Below, one piece after another: positions 22,916 to 37,499 of a DNA stretch of 64,000 nt. How positions within the stretch are numbered: the first letter of the stretch is position 1; every line of letters begins with the position of its first letter. A model generated the notes under the pieces. That model was not told where the DNA came from and did no database searches. It saw only the letters and a list, made by a program, of their open reading frames with translations. The translations under genes were made by a program, and so were the position numbers. The DNA is from Gordius albopunctatus (lineage: Eukaryota): contig OZ193909.1 in the NCBI GenBank assembly GCA_964276515.1, forward strand, positions 1,116,001 through 1,180,000, given 5' to 3'.

Positions 22916-24367
22916 ATATTTGATAAAGACTAAGATGTTGTAATTTTTACAAAATATAAAGATATTTTAAATTATTTGTAACTTCATTAGAACTCATTTT
23001 ATGACTGTATTTTAAAATATAAATATATAAAAAATTACATGCCGTAAAGGCCACTTCAAATTTATGGAGCAACCTTGAATTACTGTAATTCGAATTTCCC
23101 GCGGATATTTATTCAGACTTGGGTGTTTAAATTAATATCAATTGTATACTAAATACAATAATTTTCATTTAACACTTAAATGTGACAAAAAATAAAATTA
23201 TAAAACTTACTTAAGTATCATGATAAGGATAAAAATGCTAAATTCGAGATCTCACGTATAAAATCTCGTCTCGAGGTCAAAACTCTCATGGTGAGATCGA
23301 GATTTTTCTCCGATATTCCGCATCACTACTCTTTTTTTACATTTGCCCTTTGTATAGAAAATGTTATATTTATTAAGTGTTTCCTATCTTTAAATTCACA
23401 TCTTAATCAAGTTTATTTACTAAAGTTTTTTAAAAATTAAATTGTTTGCCATTTTGATTTTCTTTCAAATTTTTTACTTATTTGATAATTTTAAAAGTGG
23501 AGATTTGAGACCCTTCGTCCAGATCTTGATTTTTCTAGACCGAGACGAGATTAAGCTTTTGAGAGAAAGATCAGATGAGATCAAAACCCTAATTGCAGCA
23601 GGGAAAAGATTTAAAGTAAGGTGTTCTCAATCAAATGGAATATGAGAGCTCCGGATTCTCCAACAGCAATCAGAAAAGGAGCTAAAGATTCTAGCCATTC
23701 ATGACCCAATCCACCTTAAGCCAATGCAATGATTTTACATAAATCATCATCCCAATGTCGTGTGTGGCTAAAAATTAAAATACCTGCATCAAGATCTTTA
23801 TTAAAATATTAGGTCAACCTCTTGGACTATTTTTTCAAATTTTAAACTTATAATTGCTATAAACTTTATTAAGCGAACAACATGTAAACAGCGAGATACA
23901 AATTAGTTATGAAATAGAATTAATTTAAATACTATAATTAAGGTATTATATCAAGTTATCCATGGTCATTTGTTTTCAAATATTAGCACCTTTGCAATTT
24001 ACAATTATTAAACTGGTGTTTGCCGCTTATTTTTGAATTTTAAAAATAAATTGCCATTTTTGAATGTGCTCTGCTATCTGGATTTTTACCAATAATTTTA
24101 AAATTTTATTTTCGACTTAAATACAAAAAATTGATGATTATATATCATAGTTTTAAAAAATAGGAGTAAGAGTTATATATATTATCGATGTTTGATTTCT
24201 TAAATACTTTTATTTAACTAAATTTAATTTATAGCAATTTTTTTGTGATTAGTATTATTATAATCAGTCATTTTTAGTTATGATTCATTTTGCAAATATA
24301 TTGTGTACAGTTTTATTATATGATATATTTATATTTTATAGGTAAAATAATATATGGTGACGAAAGT

Positions 24368-27300
24368 ATGAATTTAGAAACATCAATAGGGTGTAAACCA
24401 GTCTTTTTATCCACTTCAAATCTGCTTGAGATTAAAAATTTAAATTTTACCAATAGTAATCTTGGTGTTAACAATATAATTTCTTATCCAAATTCAACAA
24501 ATGAGTTGCAATCACAACATGTGTATGTTTTGAAGGCTGTTAATGCTATAAACAGGAATACGGTATCAAATAATTCAAATGAAGGGGTAAATCAAAAAAC
24601 TTTCAATGCAGAATCTTTTCAAGTATATTTATTTGCTAAATTGTATAATTTCTTTAAAGATTGCAATTCAAAATAATTTAACATCCAATGTGCCTACGAA
24701 TGAGCAAAGATTCATGCTAAGACCTCTTAAGGTAAGAGTTTGATAAATATTATGAAAAAATTTAATTTTGTTTAATAATTTATATAGGTCACATTAGACC
24801 CTAATCAGGCCACACAATTAAGTAATTTATGCAAAATCGAAACAACATCAACAAACCCTGTAGCTTTTGTGGCTAAAGTTTTGAGCTTTCCAAAGTCACA
24901 GTCAGGTTATTACTCAACTTTACAATTGTTATATTTCCTTTTTCAAAATAAAAGGATTTTTAAGCTTATTTTTATCAAAATATGAAATTCATTTAAATAA
25001 TTTTAAACGAAACATACGCTGCTTTATTAAATGTACTTGATAATAAGAATATGTGTTTTGTTTGTGGTTTTAAAATTCTTTAACAGCATTAGATTATGTA
25101 GGCATTTAGTGCTTTTAAATTACATTTTTAACTTTTTGAATTTGACAAAAAAATGAAGTTGTTAAATTACAAGAATTTATTACATTTCTTTCTGGTTGGC
25201 TGAATGTAAGCCACGACTTTAAGATATGTTAATAATCAAAAATACTTCATGTGTATAAAAATATTTTCAATATTATGTTGTTTAATTATTAGGTACTTCA
25301 AATTCAATTGTTATGACACCAGCCCAAATATCATCAATGGAGCATGGTTTGGGGAAAAAATTAATTCCCGTAATTGTGCCCTTGCCTCAGTCCCAAACGA
25401 CAAATTCCGACATGGTTGCCATGGCAACAGCCATCACCCCCTCCCGACAACTCGTTTCAAACGTCTCTAGGGTACGAACCACAGCTGTTCCCATCTTGCC
25501 AAAACCTCAGCCTATCCCAACACCCTTAACTCCTCCCACGAGCACTACTTACACCACCAATAATGCACAAGGAATGCTTATGAGCAATACTCCTGTAAAT
25601 ATTATATTTTTTTACTTATTATTTATTTTTTGATTTATTGACAATTTAATTTTCCAGTAAAAATAGCCAAGTTCTGAAAATACCTAATATTGGCTAATGA
25701 TTAAGAAATATTTTATAAAATAATCACTAATTCCTTTGTCATTGCATCCATTTAATCCAACTTTATTTTAGATGTGAAACTTTGTTAACATTTGTTTAAA
25801 AAGTCAGTTCGTAAACACATCGCCAAATTAAGTAATAATATAAGATATCTTTATTCTAAGCTTTCCTACAAAATTTTTTCCCCATACTTACTATAGCATC
25901 ATAAAATAAATTTTGTAGACTCTTTTAAGTCATGAATGTTTTAATTTGTCAAAAAATACAAATATTTGTGATCAGCAATTAAAATTTTCTGTTAGCAATT
26001 TCAATGAAAACAACTTGCCTGTATCCAAAAACTTTATTTTTTCTTCTAAAATATATTTTAACGCCTCGATAAAATATTCCTTGGTTAAAATTTAAGTGTG
26101 TAATTTAAAAGAAATTTTCCCATTTCCATATCAGCAACTTATGTTGGGTAACCCGATGGGTAGTGGGACAAAACTGTTGGCCGCACCCATGTACCTCAAC
26201 ATCAGAGCGCCGGCCACGGCTCCCAGCCCTACCTTTGGACCCGGCGGTGCGGTCTCTTACAAAGTTATAAAGCCTCAACCCATCCTAACCAATCAACAGC
26301 AACAACAAGCCATCTCGGTTAAACTTATTCTACCAAAATATATATAACTTTTAAGATTTCTACTTTCTTAAAGTGCTCTCTTATTAATTTTGTCATTTTA
26401 TGAAACATTTGTAAACTTATTAAACTGTTTGGCCTTTTCAAGGACCACATCTGATTAGGACGTGTCCACTCCTAGCTTATTTTTATCGTTTTGGCGTTAT
26501 ATCTCTACTCGACCAAATACTTTGGTTTCATCATACTTTTCCGCTCAAATATGGGGTGGTTAAACGCGTTTACTGCCCCCTTCCCCATTTAGTTTTAGCG
26601 ATGACTCACCGTTTATATACAGGTGGCGGCCAGCTGTCAGACCGAAACTAACCGATTACTCAGCGAAATTTTGGTGGGCGGAACGGGGCCCGCATCTAAT
26701 AATCTTGCCAGCAACTGCAGTAGCATGCCTCCTGTCAATATCCCCACCACACGAGGTCCCACTCCCCCTGGTACCGCTCGGAGTTTGTACTATTACGGAG
26801 CTACGGTTCGTATTTTACCCCAACCCGACGAACAGCTGATTGCCTCCAAGCCGACCCAAAATCAGGTGGGTGGATATATAAATCCACAAGGAGTGGTTCA
26901 ATCTCATGATCATAAACAACAGCAAAATCTCAAGATTCCCATGCCATCCCCCAACATCGGGTAAGCCTTTGCAAGGGCGTAGGCGGGCCCAACCCTGACT
27001 ACGCTTATTAGCGTTTGTTATTTGTTGCAACTCTATTTAAAACTAATTTTTAGTTTGAAATTTCTTGATACCAACAGTTGACTGACTGCCTAAAACATAC
27101 TCTATATGCGATCGTGATTTGAAAGGAATAGATTTTTGATTTTCACTAATTTTAACTTCCGTCATGGAATTCACATTTAAAATCGAAAACTTTCATTGGG
27201 GGAATATGGTTCAGAGAAATAAATTTGAAGTTAGTTTGAATTTAAGCTCAATTAGTCGTTTAACTTGACCCAAAATGGGGGCTTGAGTTAGTCACATGCT

Positions 27301-30300
27301 TTCATTGCTGAAATCAGCCTTTTACCAATTTATGGTGTTAGTGCAGCATAGCTTAGTGACTAAATCATTAACCCATAATTAAAGTTGGGACTGCAATAAC
27401 AAGTGCTTATAAGATGTTGGAGTGATTATATATTTATTATGCATGATAATTTTGTATTGCTCGTTATGCCCCTTTTTCTGTAGGACTAATAACGAAGCAA
27501 ATCTCAAAGGTGGCAGCAGCAGCAACGGAGGAGTAGGAGGGGGCGGTAAAAAGAGGTGCAACTGTACCAAATCGCAATGTCTCAAATTGTAAGTCGGTTT
27601 GGGTTGATTTATTAAAACTTTCATCGAATACATACCAAGAAAATGACCCGTGCGAAGTTTGTCAAACCAAAATAATGCTCCAATCTAATTGTCATTTTGG
27701 TATATTTTTGTGGCCAGGTATTGCGAATGCTTCGCGAGCGGCGAATTTTGTCAAAATTGTAATTGCAACAATTGCAGCAACAATCTCCAACACGAAGACG
27801 ATCGGAAGAGGGCCATCAAGGGCATCCTAGAACGCAACCCGCTCGCCTTTCACCCCAAGATTGGTCAGTTTTGGGGGAGAAAAACCCCATTGTTGTTCTA
27901 TACGTGCATTTTTAGTGCAAAAATTAGGAAGCATTTTAATTGTATTTTTGCGATTTTCGACCGACCACCTCAGATATGGATAATTTTTGGTGGGCGTGTA
28001 GGCCTCATATATCATAGTAATTTCTAGTGCTGTAAATGAACGCGTTCAAATTTTATGAACGCGTTCATGAACGGCGTTCTTTTATTTTTTGGTGAACTTT
28101 GAACGTGAACGCGTTCCTTTTTTGATGAATGCGTTCGAATTTAACGTTCTTTCAGTTTTAAAAACCCTTTTTTATTTTTATTTAGTTTAAAATTAATGTC
28201 AATCCGAATTTTTAACAAAAAATATATTTTTTAATCAGCTGTTTTTCCTGTTTCCTATTGCCAATTCCGAAATACTTTTAACATACTATAACGTGCAAAA
28301 GAAGATAAGATTAAAGTTAATTAGTTTGATATTATTAATTATAGTTTAATTTGTAGGTTAATATGGACAATCATATTATATCGTCGTCATCTTCACATTC
28401 TGAATATTCAAAATCAGCTGATGAATTGAAATTGCCATGGCCAAAATATGAAAAATATTTTCCACTCGTTTCATAATAAAAAATCAAATTCAATAATTAA
28501 AATGAAAGAATAAAATTTTAGTGTTATTGAAAAAAGGGATTGAAACACCTAGAATTGATAATGAAAGAGCTGTCAATTCCGAGATATCATTTTTTGACGA
28601 GGAAGTAGAGGGCGGATTTGAGAGGATGATATATTGTCGCAATTTTTTGAAGCGAGGGACAAAACATTAAAAGTTTTTAATAAATTTCCTTCTTTAAAAG
28701 ATTTGTTTATTAAGTATAATACTCCAACCCCCTCATCTGCCCCTGTGGAGCAGGTTTTTAGTATAGCTAATGCTGTATTAACTAACTGCCAAGCGTTCCT
28801 GCTTATCAGAAGACAATTTTGAAAAACAATTATTATTAAAAATCAATAAGAAAATAGATTATATTGATTTATAATTATATTGTCGAAATAAAACTATTAT
28901 TTTTTATCATGGCTATTTATTGTATTAAAAAATATAAGACATTTATTTATATTAAATTAAACTTTAAAAAAATTTATTTCTGAAAATTTTAGCCATTTTG
29001 GGCTTATACTTTTTAAGTTATGGACGTTCAAAAGGCAAAAATCGTGCGTGAGCACGTTTTAATGATTTCACTATTTTTGTCATATTTGCATTTTGTTCCC
29101 CCCAAACAAAAATTATCCATATATCTGAAATGGTCAGGTGAAAATTCTCTTTTTTTTGACGATTCGACATGGAATGGCCCATAAGGTTTTAGTGCCACTG
29201 GTTTTATTTACGTATTTTTATCGTGATGTTTTAGGGAAGAGCCGAGACGGTGAAATCGAGCGTAAGCATTGCAAGGGTTGCAACTGTAGAAGGTCGGGCT
29301 GCCTGAAGAATTACTGCGAATGTTACGAGGTAATTTTGTTTTACACTGAGTTTTAGTAAAATGTTTTGAATAAAATTTGTTCAAAAACAATTTTAGCCTT
29401 TTTTATAATAATCTTCAAAATATAGCTAGTGATTTTGAATGATTACTTAGTTTACAACTTTCTAATCCTATTTTTAACCCGGGAAGCAGGAAGCTACCTC
29501 AGAAAATTATTTTAAAACAAGTTATTCTTTTTTCCAATCTTTAAAGAGGCTATTATTTCAATGCCTGTCTATTATATAAATTATATGATTTGTATCATAA
29601 TGTTGTTGACCCAAAAATTCTGATTTAACAGGTGTTAGCTTGGACCAATTACCTTAAATTCGTGTGTTATCTTAATATAAATTTGTTTTTAATCTTTCTC
29701 CTTGTTAATTATAATTTATAATGTTTATGACTTGACTCTGTCGTTACGTTCAGAATTTTGTTATTTAACCTTTTTTTCCAACCAAAAACTATTTTGATAT
29801 TTTCAACGCTCAATTTTTTCGCACAAGAATCTCGTATTTAGCATCTACGTCATTATTATTATTTCTCAGGCGAAGATCGCGTGTTCCAGCAAATGCAAAT
29901 GTATCGGATGCAAAAATTTCGAAGACAGTCTCGAACGTCGATCCATAGCGTACCTTTGCGGCGGAGCCATCAATTCTCACTCTTATTTCTTAGCCACACC
30001 CCGACCCGAACCCGACAACGTCCTGTTCGGCAACGCCTTCGACGAGGAAGAAGTGGGAAGCCGAAATCACAACGACTACGCTAACACGCACCCCAGCGCA
30101 GTGTTGGCGCAAGGCTTGGGGACGGCTGGTGATATTTGGAGAGATTTCGAAAATTCGTCTCTCCTCGCTGCTCCCCCCTTCGACTCCCCGTTGCAAGATC
30201 GAGCCGGGAATAAAGCTGGAATCGGGCCAGCTGGCTCGGGGATTATTGATACCCTATCGGCTTACTTACTTTCGCCTTCGCTTCATCAACGCGCTAGTCA

Positions 30301-31330
30301 GCCACCTCCTCCCGCCAACCTTCTTAGATCGCGCGATTGTTTTATTAACATTAAAGACGAAGATTCTAGTAGCCAAGACGTGCATTCGAGAGAAGGGGCT
30401 GCCGGATGCTCTAATACCGTCCATCCCTTTTCATCCACCTCTCAAATCCTACCCACGTGAGTTTTAGTTGCTATGCAATTAATGGGCTCGCTTTTGCTTG
30501 TCCGTACTGTTCAACTAGTAATTTTTTGTAATAATTGCCGTCGAAATGTATGTACGGGTTTTGAATGGCTGTAGACTCTTATGCTTCTGTAAAAGACTTT
30601 TATTTTGCTTTCGCAAATAGGCGACTAGCTAATGACCTGGCTTTTATTTATCGCCCGAGCCAAACATGCATTAACGGTTTACGGAATTTCTTGGGGCAAT
30701 TTGTCTAGGTTGTTGCTTTATAACGGATGAATGCGAAACTGGCTATTTATGTAATTTATTATGTATATGATATTTCATAGACTTGTGGTGCCCTCTAACA
30801 TTATAACGGACGAGATAGTGGAAGCTATAGTTACCTGCATGGTTGCTCAGGCTTACGAAAATTTGTTGCCGCCCCAACACCAATACAAAAACGGAGAGAC
30901 TACCGCTCGAATCCGATCCGATCGTTACGTCGATTTGGAGCGAGCAGTGACCCGGGAATTCGGACAATGCTTGACCCGCATAATAAATGTAGCTAAGAAT
31001 AGCCCCTTTAAGGCTAACCCTACCACACCCCTCGTGCCTCACACTCATGCTCCTTCGCATTACGAAGAAGATGAACGAGCACGACGGATGAGTCACTCTC
31101 CCAAGGAGGATCGCCGAGGCGGCTTACTCGGCAGCAGGACAAATCGAAAGCAGAAACACCCATACGGCACGCGCCGCAATTGCGCTTCCAAATATGGTGG
31201 TAATAGGAGCAACGTGGATTTTGAGGATGGTAGTCGTAGCACGATTACGGGTGGTCATACCCGAGCGAGCGGCAGTAGCCTAATAGGAGGCTCATCGTCC
31301 GAGCTCAGCTTATCATCCGATATGGAGTAA
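24368..31330 (+). CDS. LIN54: Lin-54/tesmin-like CXC-domain DREAM (MuvB) subunit, multi-exon; start codon tentative
   Basis: CXC1 [32 protein letters not shown], hinge [13 protein letters not shown]2 [35 protein letters not shown], and C-terminal [17 protein letters not shown]...[10 protein letters not shown]. Confidence 0.92.
28025..28975 (+). mobile_element. hAT transposon remnant nested in a MITE within a lin-54 intron
   Basis: TAGTGCTG terminus, tgaacgcgttc subterminal repeats, and the dimerisation-domain fragment [26 protein letters not shown]. Confidence 0.75.
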
Positions 31331-32439
31331 ACCTCCATAAAACGCCTACTTAATCACGCGGAACTGCGTGAACACGTGATCTATCAACACAGGGTCTTCG
31401 ACACCAAATGCCTCAGAAGAGGGAGGAGACCTTCACTGTAACCTAAGAATCGAAACAGCACAACAATAAGCATGTGTCAAAAAACAGTTTCAGTGTTGCA
31501 GTTTATTGACACGTTTTAACAACACCTTTCTGGATTCATAACCAGTGCGCGATTGATTCACTTGCATTTACCTTGTACACTCCGATCCCCGAAATTTCAT
31601 CATTTATTTTTGGGCAATGCCCCAAACCACACCAGCTACCCCTTCTTAATATATATATACATCTATTTTTATATCTCTTCGACGACCACGCACTTTTAAT
31701 CAGCGATCACGAATTTAGAGATTGACCCGCGACAACCGTCCTCAAATCAACGCGTTTAGGAGACTGATTTTTAAATTTACGGTTTATAAACCTTATGCGG
31801 GCATATTTAATCGTACATCACATTTTACACCACGCGTTACTTTGATTCAATCATTCACCACAACTTCAACCAACAACGATGCATCATTATTTATTTATAT
31901 CGCGTTTAAACATTTTGAGATGAAATTTTGAAAAATTGATTAAAGTTTATTGACGCCATAAATTATTATTGAGACAAGAATTTGTTATGTAATTTAAAAT
32001 TTTGATTATTAAGCATATAATTAAATGTTAATCCCATTAGACCATGAATATGTCTCGTAATCCGATAAATAATTTCTATAGCGATTTTACGCTGAACTAT
32101 TAATACAGCCATATTTTACAAATACGCGCTCTACAGTGATGTATTATATAAAGTCCCCTTAATCGAAAATATAATATATGGGTGAATAAGGTTTGGCTCT
32201 GATTGAATTTCGCAAACTGAAGATCTCCGGCCAGACGATAACTAACAGAGGGTTTTAAAACCTTGGAGAATTTCAACATCTCGAAAACGGGTAGGAATAG
32301 CATAAGGGTGATATTTAGAATTGTAACAACGACAGAGGCAATAAGCTTATGAGTCATTCTCTCAAATTTTGGGTAATAATGAGCGAAAAATGTGTTCCGG
32401 CGTTTGGGTACATCGATAATACTAATTCAACAACAGATG

Positions 32440-33240
32440 CACTTGACAGTTTAGAAAACGAATGGAAAGGGTTGGGAAAAATGAGAAAAATCTTTTCATA
32501 AAGTCCTAGGACATTTTAACCTTTTTTAGAACTACAAATGGTTTTACCATTAAAACAGGAGTCCATCAAGGTTGAGCTCTTAGACTTTTCTTATTTATAA
32601 TCTTGGTCGACGAAGCTTCGGGCAATGATTTTTGTAGACGATATAATCCTCTGTGCCAAAAGTGAACAAGGATTGGCAAATAGATAGGTAAGGGCAATAG
32701 TAGAAAGTGATCTCAGAGTAAATCGAAAGAAATGATATACAAGAAGGCAAAATTTATTTCAAATAAAAATTTGCAATGTGCAATGTGCATCCCTTATATT
32801 AAGCGAATAGGAATAAAAGCATAGAGTTTTCTAAGATCAACACTTCAAGCAGATGCTGGAATGGATAAAGAAATCCAAGCATAAGTTGGATGGCTTGAAT
32901 GCAGATATTTAACCGGCGTTTTGTGTGACAAAAGACTCTAACAAGACTCAACGGCAATCTTTACGGGTCACATAGGCAAAAATGCTAATATATAGCTCTG
33001 AAATACCGACTATACGAAAGAGGGAAGAGCAACACCTAGCGTATATAAAGATTAAAATGTTAGGAGTAAAGAAATTAACACATCCACGCACTGGAAAAAT
33101 AAAGAGACATCTGGGTGGAAAGAAAATAGAAAAGATAAAATTTGCGGGGAGACGAAAAATTGAAAAATGCAACTAGGTAAAATGACAAAATATAGCACGA
33201 TATGAAATATGTAAGATAGAGACAAATCAATGTTCAAATC
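32440..33240 (+). mobile_element. Old, highly degenerate RTE-like LINE fragment
   Basis: Broken frames give GVHQG*AL, FVDDIILC and GWLECRYLTGVLCDKRL. Confidence 0.7.
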
Positions 33241-33857
33241 TAAATTATAGAGAAATAAAAGAAAAGCTTTTTACAAAATTTACAATTGTAATAAGTAAGG
33301 TTCAAGGCGCCTACTTCGAGGCTAAATTGTGACTCCACTTTTAATTTATTTTTATATAATCCTATAATTGATTAATTGCTGTGAAAGGAAAGGGTAAAGT
33401 CGTTGCCTTCATGATCGGCAGCTAATGACGGGAGGAAAGGGGTTACAATAGATCGGGGCACCTAGCAGCACCAATGTGTAGGCCAACAGTGCCATATGAG
33501 AAAACCGAAGGCTTGTGAATAAATTCTTGTGCCCGGGGAGATTGGCCTATTTTAGTTAGAACGGAGTTAGTCACTCCAATAAACTAAAAACATATTAGTG
33601 CTCAGCGTAAATTTAATTTAATTTCAGATAACGGGATTTTTTTAGGTAGACCTCCATTATTATAAATTTTTATATTCAAGTATTTATTACTTACAAATAG
33701 AATATTGGGAAAATACAATAAAATTGGTTTTCTCTGTTAACACGGACCCTAACCAATTTATAAAAACCACTGGCCGATTACCGACCAAACTTTATTGATA
33801 ATACACACGAAGTGCACAATTATCGATTCATTCAATATGTGACAAATAACGCAGATC

Positions 33858-36800
33858 TCAAAACTCCATAAAATCTTCTTTGCTATACAATTCTCGCATC
33901 AGCTGATACACGTAGGATGGGGAATAACTTCCGCTGCGATATTGGCCAAATATAACATAATATTAAGGATGTAATAAAAATATGGTAAATTTTTTAAATT
34001 CACGCGCTATTGTAAAAATGCCTGGGTTTTATTTGGTCGCACTTTGGTTTTAGTCGACTAAACAAAACCCCCAGCCCTTTTCACGACACTTCTGCAACCG
34101 TTGTGTGGCCGGCCTACCTGTTGGATATGAAAAAAGTGATGAGTTCGGGGGGCACTTGATCAAAGATGGAAGTGACAAACTTAGCGTTGTCACCATGGTC
34201 GCTGGGCGATTCCATGGCGTCGTCACAAACGTCAAAGTAGTTGACGAGGGATTGGGTCGAGGGTGAGGCGAAAATGTTGGAGGGCGTGAGGTAGGTGGGA
34301 GTCAATTTGTACATCCCCGCGCATATTATGACGGGAACGGCGTAATGCTTGGCCGCAGAAGCGATGTTACGCGCTCCGGCTATAGCTTGAATTCCTCCGT
34401 CGGCTAACGTTAATTTTGCGCCGATTATTACCTACGTTGAAATATCTAGCGAGTAAATTTAAAGGAAAAATATCGAAAAGATAGTCCCAGGACTAATCAT
34501 TCATAATCTAGGGGCGTACCAAAGGGAGGGACACCCCTCCCCCCTCTAAATCCAAAAAACTTTTAAAATTTTATAATTTATGCCTCACTGAATCATTATT
34601 GCCCTCCCCTCTACATTCAATCCTCGCTATGCCCATGATGATGCCACATATATTATTGATTTTTAATAAGTATCAACTTCGATCTAAAAAATTAAGCGAG
34701 CCTTATAAACTTCATTTTGAACGCTCTCGAGCAAAAAACGAGGGAAAGGAGGTGTAAAATTAAAGATGCAAAATCCGATTTCGAAACTTTACGTGCGGTT
34801 CTGGTTACAATTGTAAAGCTTAAATTGCAATTGGAGGAACGATATGCTGCGTTTAGATTTTTTAAAATATAGCGTTAATATTTTTTTGTCCGGGGACTAA
34901 TTTAGATTTAACGATATGCAGTCAAAACCGTTTAATTGCAAAGCCTTGGGCCTCAAAAAAATTCGGGATTAACAGATATTTAGCGATTAAACGATGGAAA
35001 AAGAGAAAATATTAAATGTATAAAGACATAAATAGTAAATATTCATTTCTTATGCTTCGCAATAAAACGATATTTTATATAATTTTATGGTTGATTTAAG
35101 GACTCGAAAATGTTTGTGAATATCGTATATTGTACTATTAAGCGATTTGTCAATAAACGATGTTTTTGTTGAATATTATCGTTTGGGAAAAACAAAATGG
35201 CGGCTAACTTCGCGATTAAAAGATTTCGCGATAATCCGATTTGCGATTAAGAAGTTTCGACGGTATCGACTAATTTCATAGCACGCTACAAAAATTATAA
35301 ATTCATTCGGGGTCTGATTAGAGTTTGAATAAAGTTTATTCCTTAAGTTAGTTAAAGCAAAGGTTGAGGAGACAAAACCCAGCAGTTTTTAACACTATAC
35401 TTCGGGGCAAACCTATGAATTTCAAATCTTTTTTGGATTCCTGGCCTCTTCTAAAAGAGGAAGATGAAGACATATTACTCATATAATGTTTTTTTAATAT
35501 GATGTTTAGATATAAATATCAATAAACTAACTTTATCTATGAAATAAAAATAAAATAAACGTCACTTATCCAAGCATCAAACCCGTTTGATTCCTTCTTT
35601 CAGCGGAGCAAACATTGTTAATGCAGAAATCAAATTTGGTAGTAATAGTATTGTGGACATCTTAGGCTTTGTTATCCCTTTTTAAAAAGCCTAGGACACC
35701 CAGACCCAACATCTGAGGCTCTCTAGCCGATTTTTTAAGATTTCAAAGATAAAGTTCAATTAAAATGTTATGTTTGGAATGATAAGAGAAATGATATGCG
35801 AGGGCTAGTTAAGTGTTGACACTAGTCTAAACACAAAAATTGAGGGTTCAATCCCCATATATAATTTTGGAAAAAAATAATATTGTTTGAGGCAGGCAGG
35901 GTTCAAAAATTATTACAAAATCAATAACATCTTACTAAATCATGATTTTGTCCAGTCACTTCACATTCAGAGTCTACCAAAAAAGTAGGGCAGGTTAGCG
36001 TTAGCATTTATTTAAGATCTCTTCAGTTTGAAATAAATTAATTAAATTATAAATTAAATTGGATGGCCCGGAATTTAAGTAATAGCAGAAACTTAGTAAA
36101 ACTTTTTTTTATTAAATATAAATCGATAATCCAACTATTTTGGTGCAAAAAAAGAGAGACATCAAAAATTTCCATGTTTAAATTTGTTCTCCGCTCTTCA
36201 ACACTTCTCACTCGAGGCAAAAGCAGGCCTCAAAAAAATCTTACAAATAAGAGGGCTAAGCACTAGAAATGACCACTGTGATCTTAACCTGATATAGGGC
36301 TGTCTACATATATTTTTTAGTAGATTTAAGTATTTAAGTTGGACTTTTAAAAAATTCAAGAGTTTAATTAAAAAATTATTTTGGTAATCATTTCTCTACT
36401 TAATTAATTTGTGCAAATAAAATTTAGAGTTATTTATAAAATTTAACATATACATAGAGTAATATGGCCATGTTAAAATGTATACCTTATTGACTCGTGA
36501 CATGACAGCAAATATGGCAGAGTCCGGTATAAGGGTAACTTTAATTCTGCCCAGAACAGCAGAATTACTGTATGGCATTTCATTATTTAAGGCATTAGAT
36601 GCAGGCTGTGAGGTCATACTATTAGCTACAAGTGTAGTTGTAAAGCTTGATAAATTCTTGGCTAATGTATGTCCCTAATAAATAAAATTTATATTTGATG
36701 CTTTGTGTGTTTTATCTTATAATAAGGGAATAAAAAAAGGATGTAAGAGTGTTTTCAAGACAATTGTAAAAATGTTTTAATTACTGATAAAGAAGGAGCG

Positions 36801-37407
36801 GCTTCTGCAACTATCACATGAAATTTACGTGTCTTTCCTGCTTGCTTCAAAAATGCTTCAACTGTTTCTGACCTTCCTATAGTCATAATTGTTTCATCTG
36901 AGTGAATATGCTCCAAAGCTTGCATACTAATATTCTCCAAACTTTGTAAAGATTATCTATTAATTTTGTAGAATTACCTATTCTCCAACTCAATTTGCAG
37001 CTCATTTAATGCTTCAAATACTTTCTCTTTGTATGAGTCACCAATTTCATTTATTTGATTTTTTATGTCGAGGGTATTTAAAAGTAGTCCCTGCAATGTA
37101 TCAACATCATGGTCTTCCTTATCTAATAATTACTTTCAAAATATGCTAAAAATAGATAACCTAAGGCTTCTTCTCGAAGAATTTTTTTAATTCTATTTAG
37201 AATATTGCTGCAAATTGGATCATCCCAATTATCAAGTGAAATTGAATTTATCTTTTGCTTTTTAATTAAATCGATAAGATAAGGCACATTATAGACCTTT
37301 GATTTTAATATAACCTTTTGAATCCAAGCCAAAGTAAGGCATGCTTTATCGTGACTAGATTTAGGTGGTTGGTAATCAAGGTTTAAGCAAATTTTATTGT
37401 AATCCAT
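33858..37407 (-). CDS. EIF2B2: Translation initiation factor eIF2B subunit beta, 6 exons
   Basis: Spliced translation: [100 protein letters not shown]. Stop TGA at 33858-33860. Confidence 0.93.
34508..34640. mobile_element. Short MITE with (C/T)A(T/G)GGGCGTA-type ends (relatives at ~51200-51320, ~57345-57440, 61558-61740)
   Basis: Shared layout: gggcgta...G-run...ccc-ctaaatcc...aaatttattaaaatt...gcccc...ctatgcccatg. Confidence 0.5.
34919..35263. mobile_element. Tc1/pogo (Tigger)-like MITE
   Basis: Imperfect terminal inverted repeats cagtcaaaaccgtttaattgc / gcgattaagaagtttcgacgg, followed by TA. Confidence 0.45.
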
Positions 37408-37499
37408 ATGATCCTAGCCTATCGTTTAATACGCGAAATGTGAATATCAGCTGTTAATTTGTTAGATAGGCATAATTATACGAATTTATTTGAAAATGT

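Noticed and set aside
35795..35860. tRNA-like A/B boxes (tagttaagtg...ggttcaatccc)
   Set aside because: I could not fold a cloverleaf and saw no second copy. At most it is a decayed SINE head.
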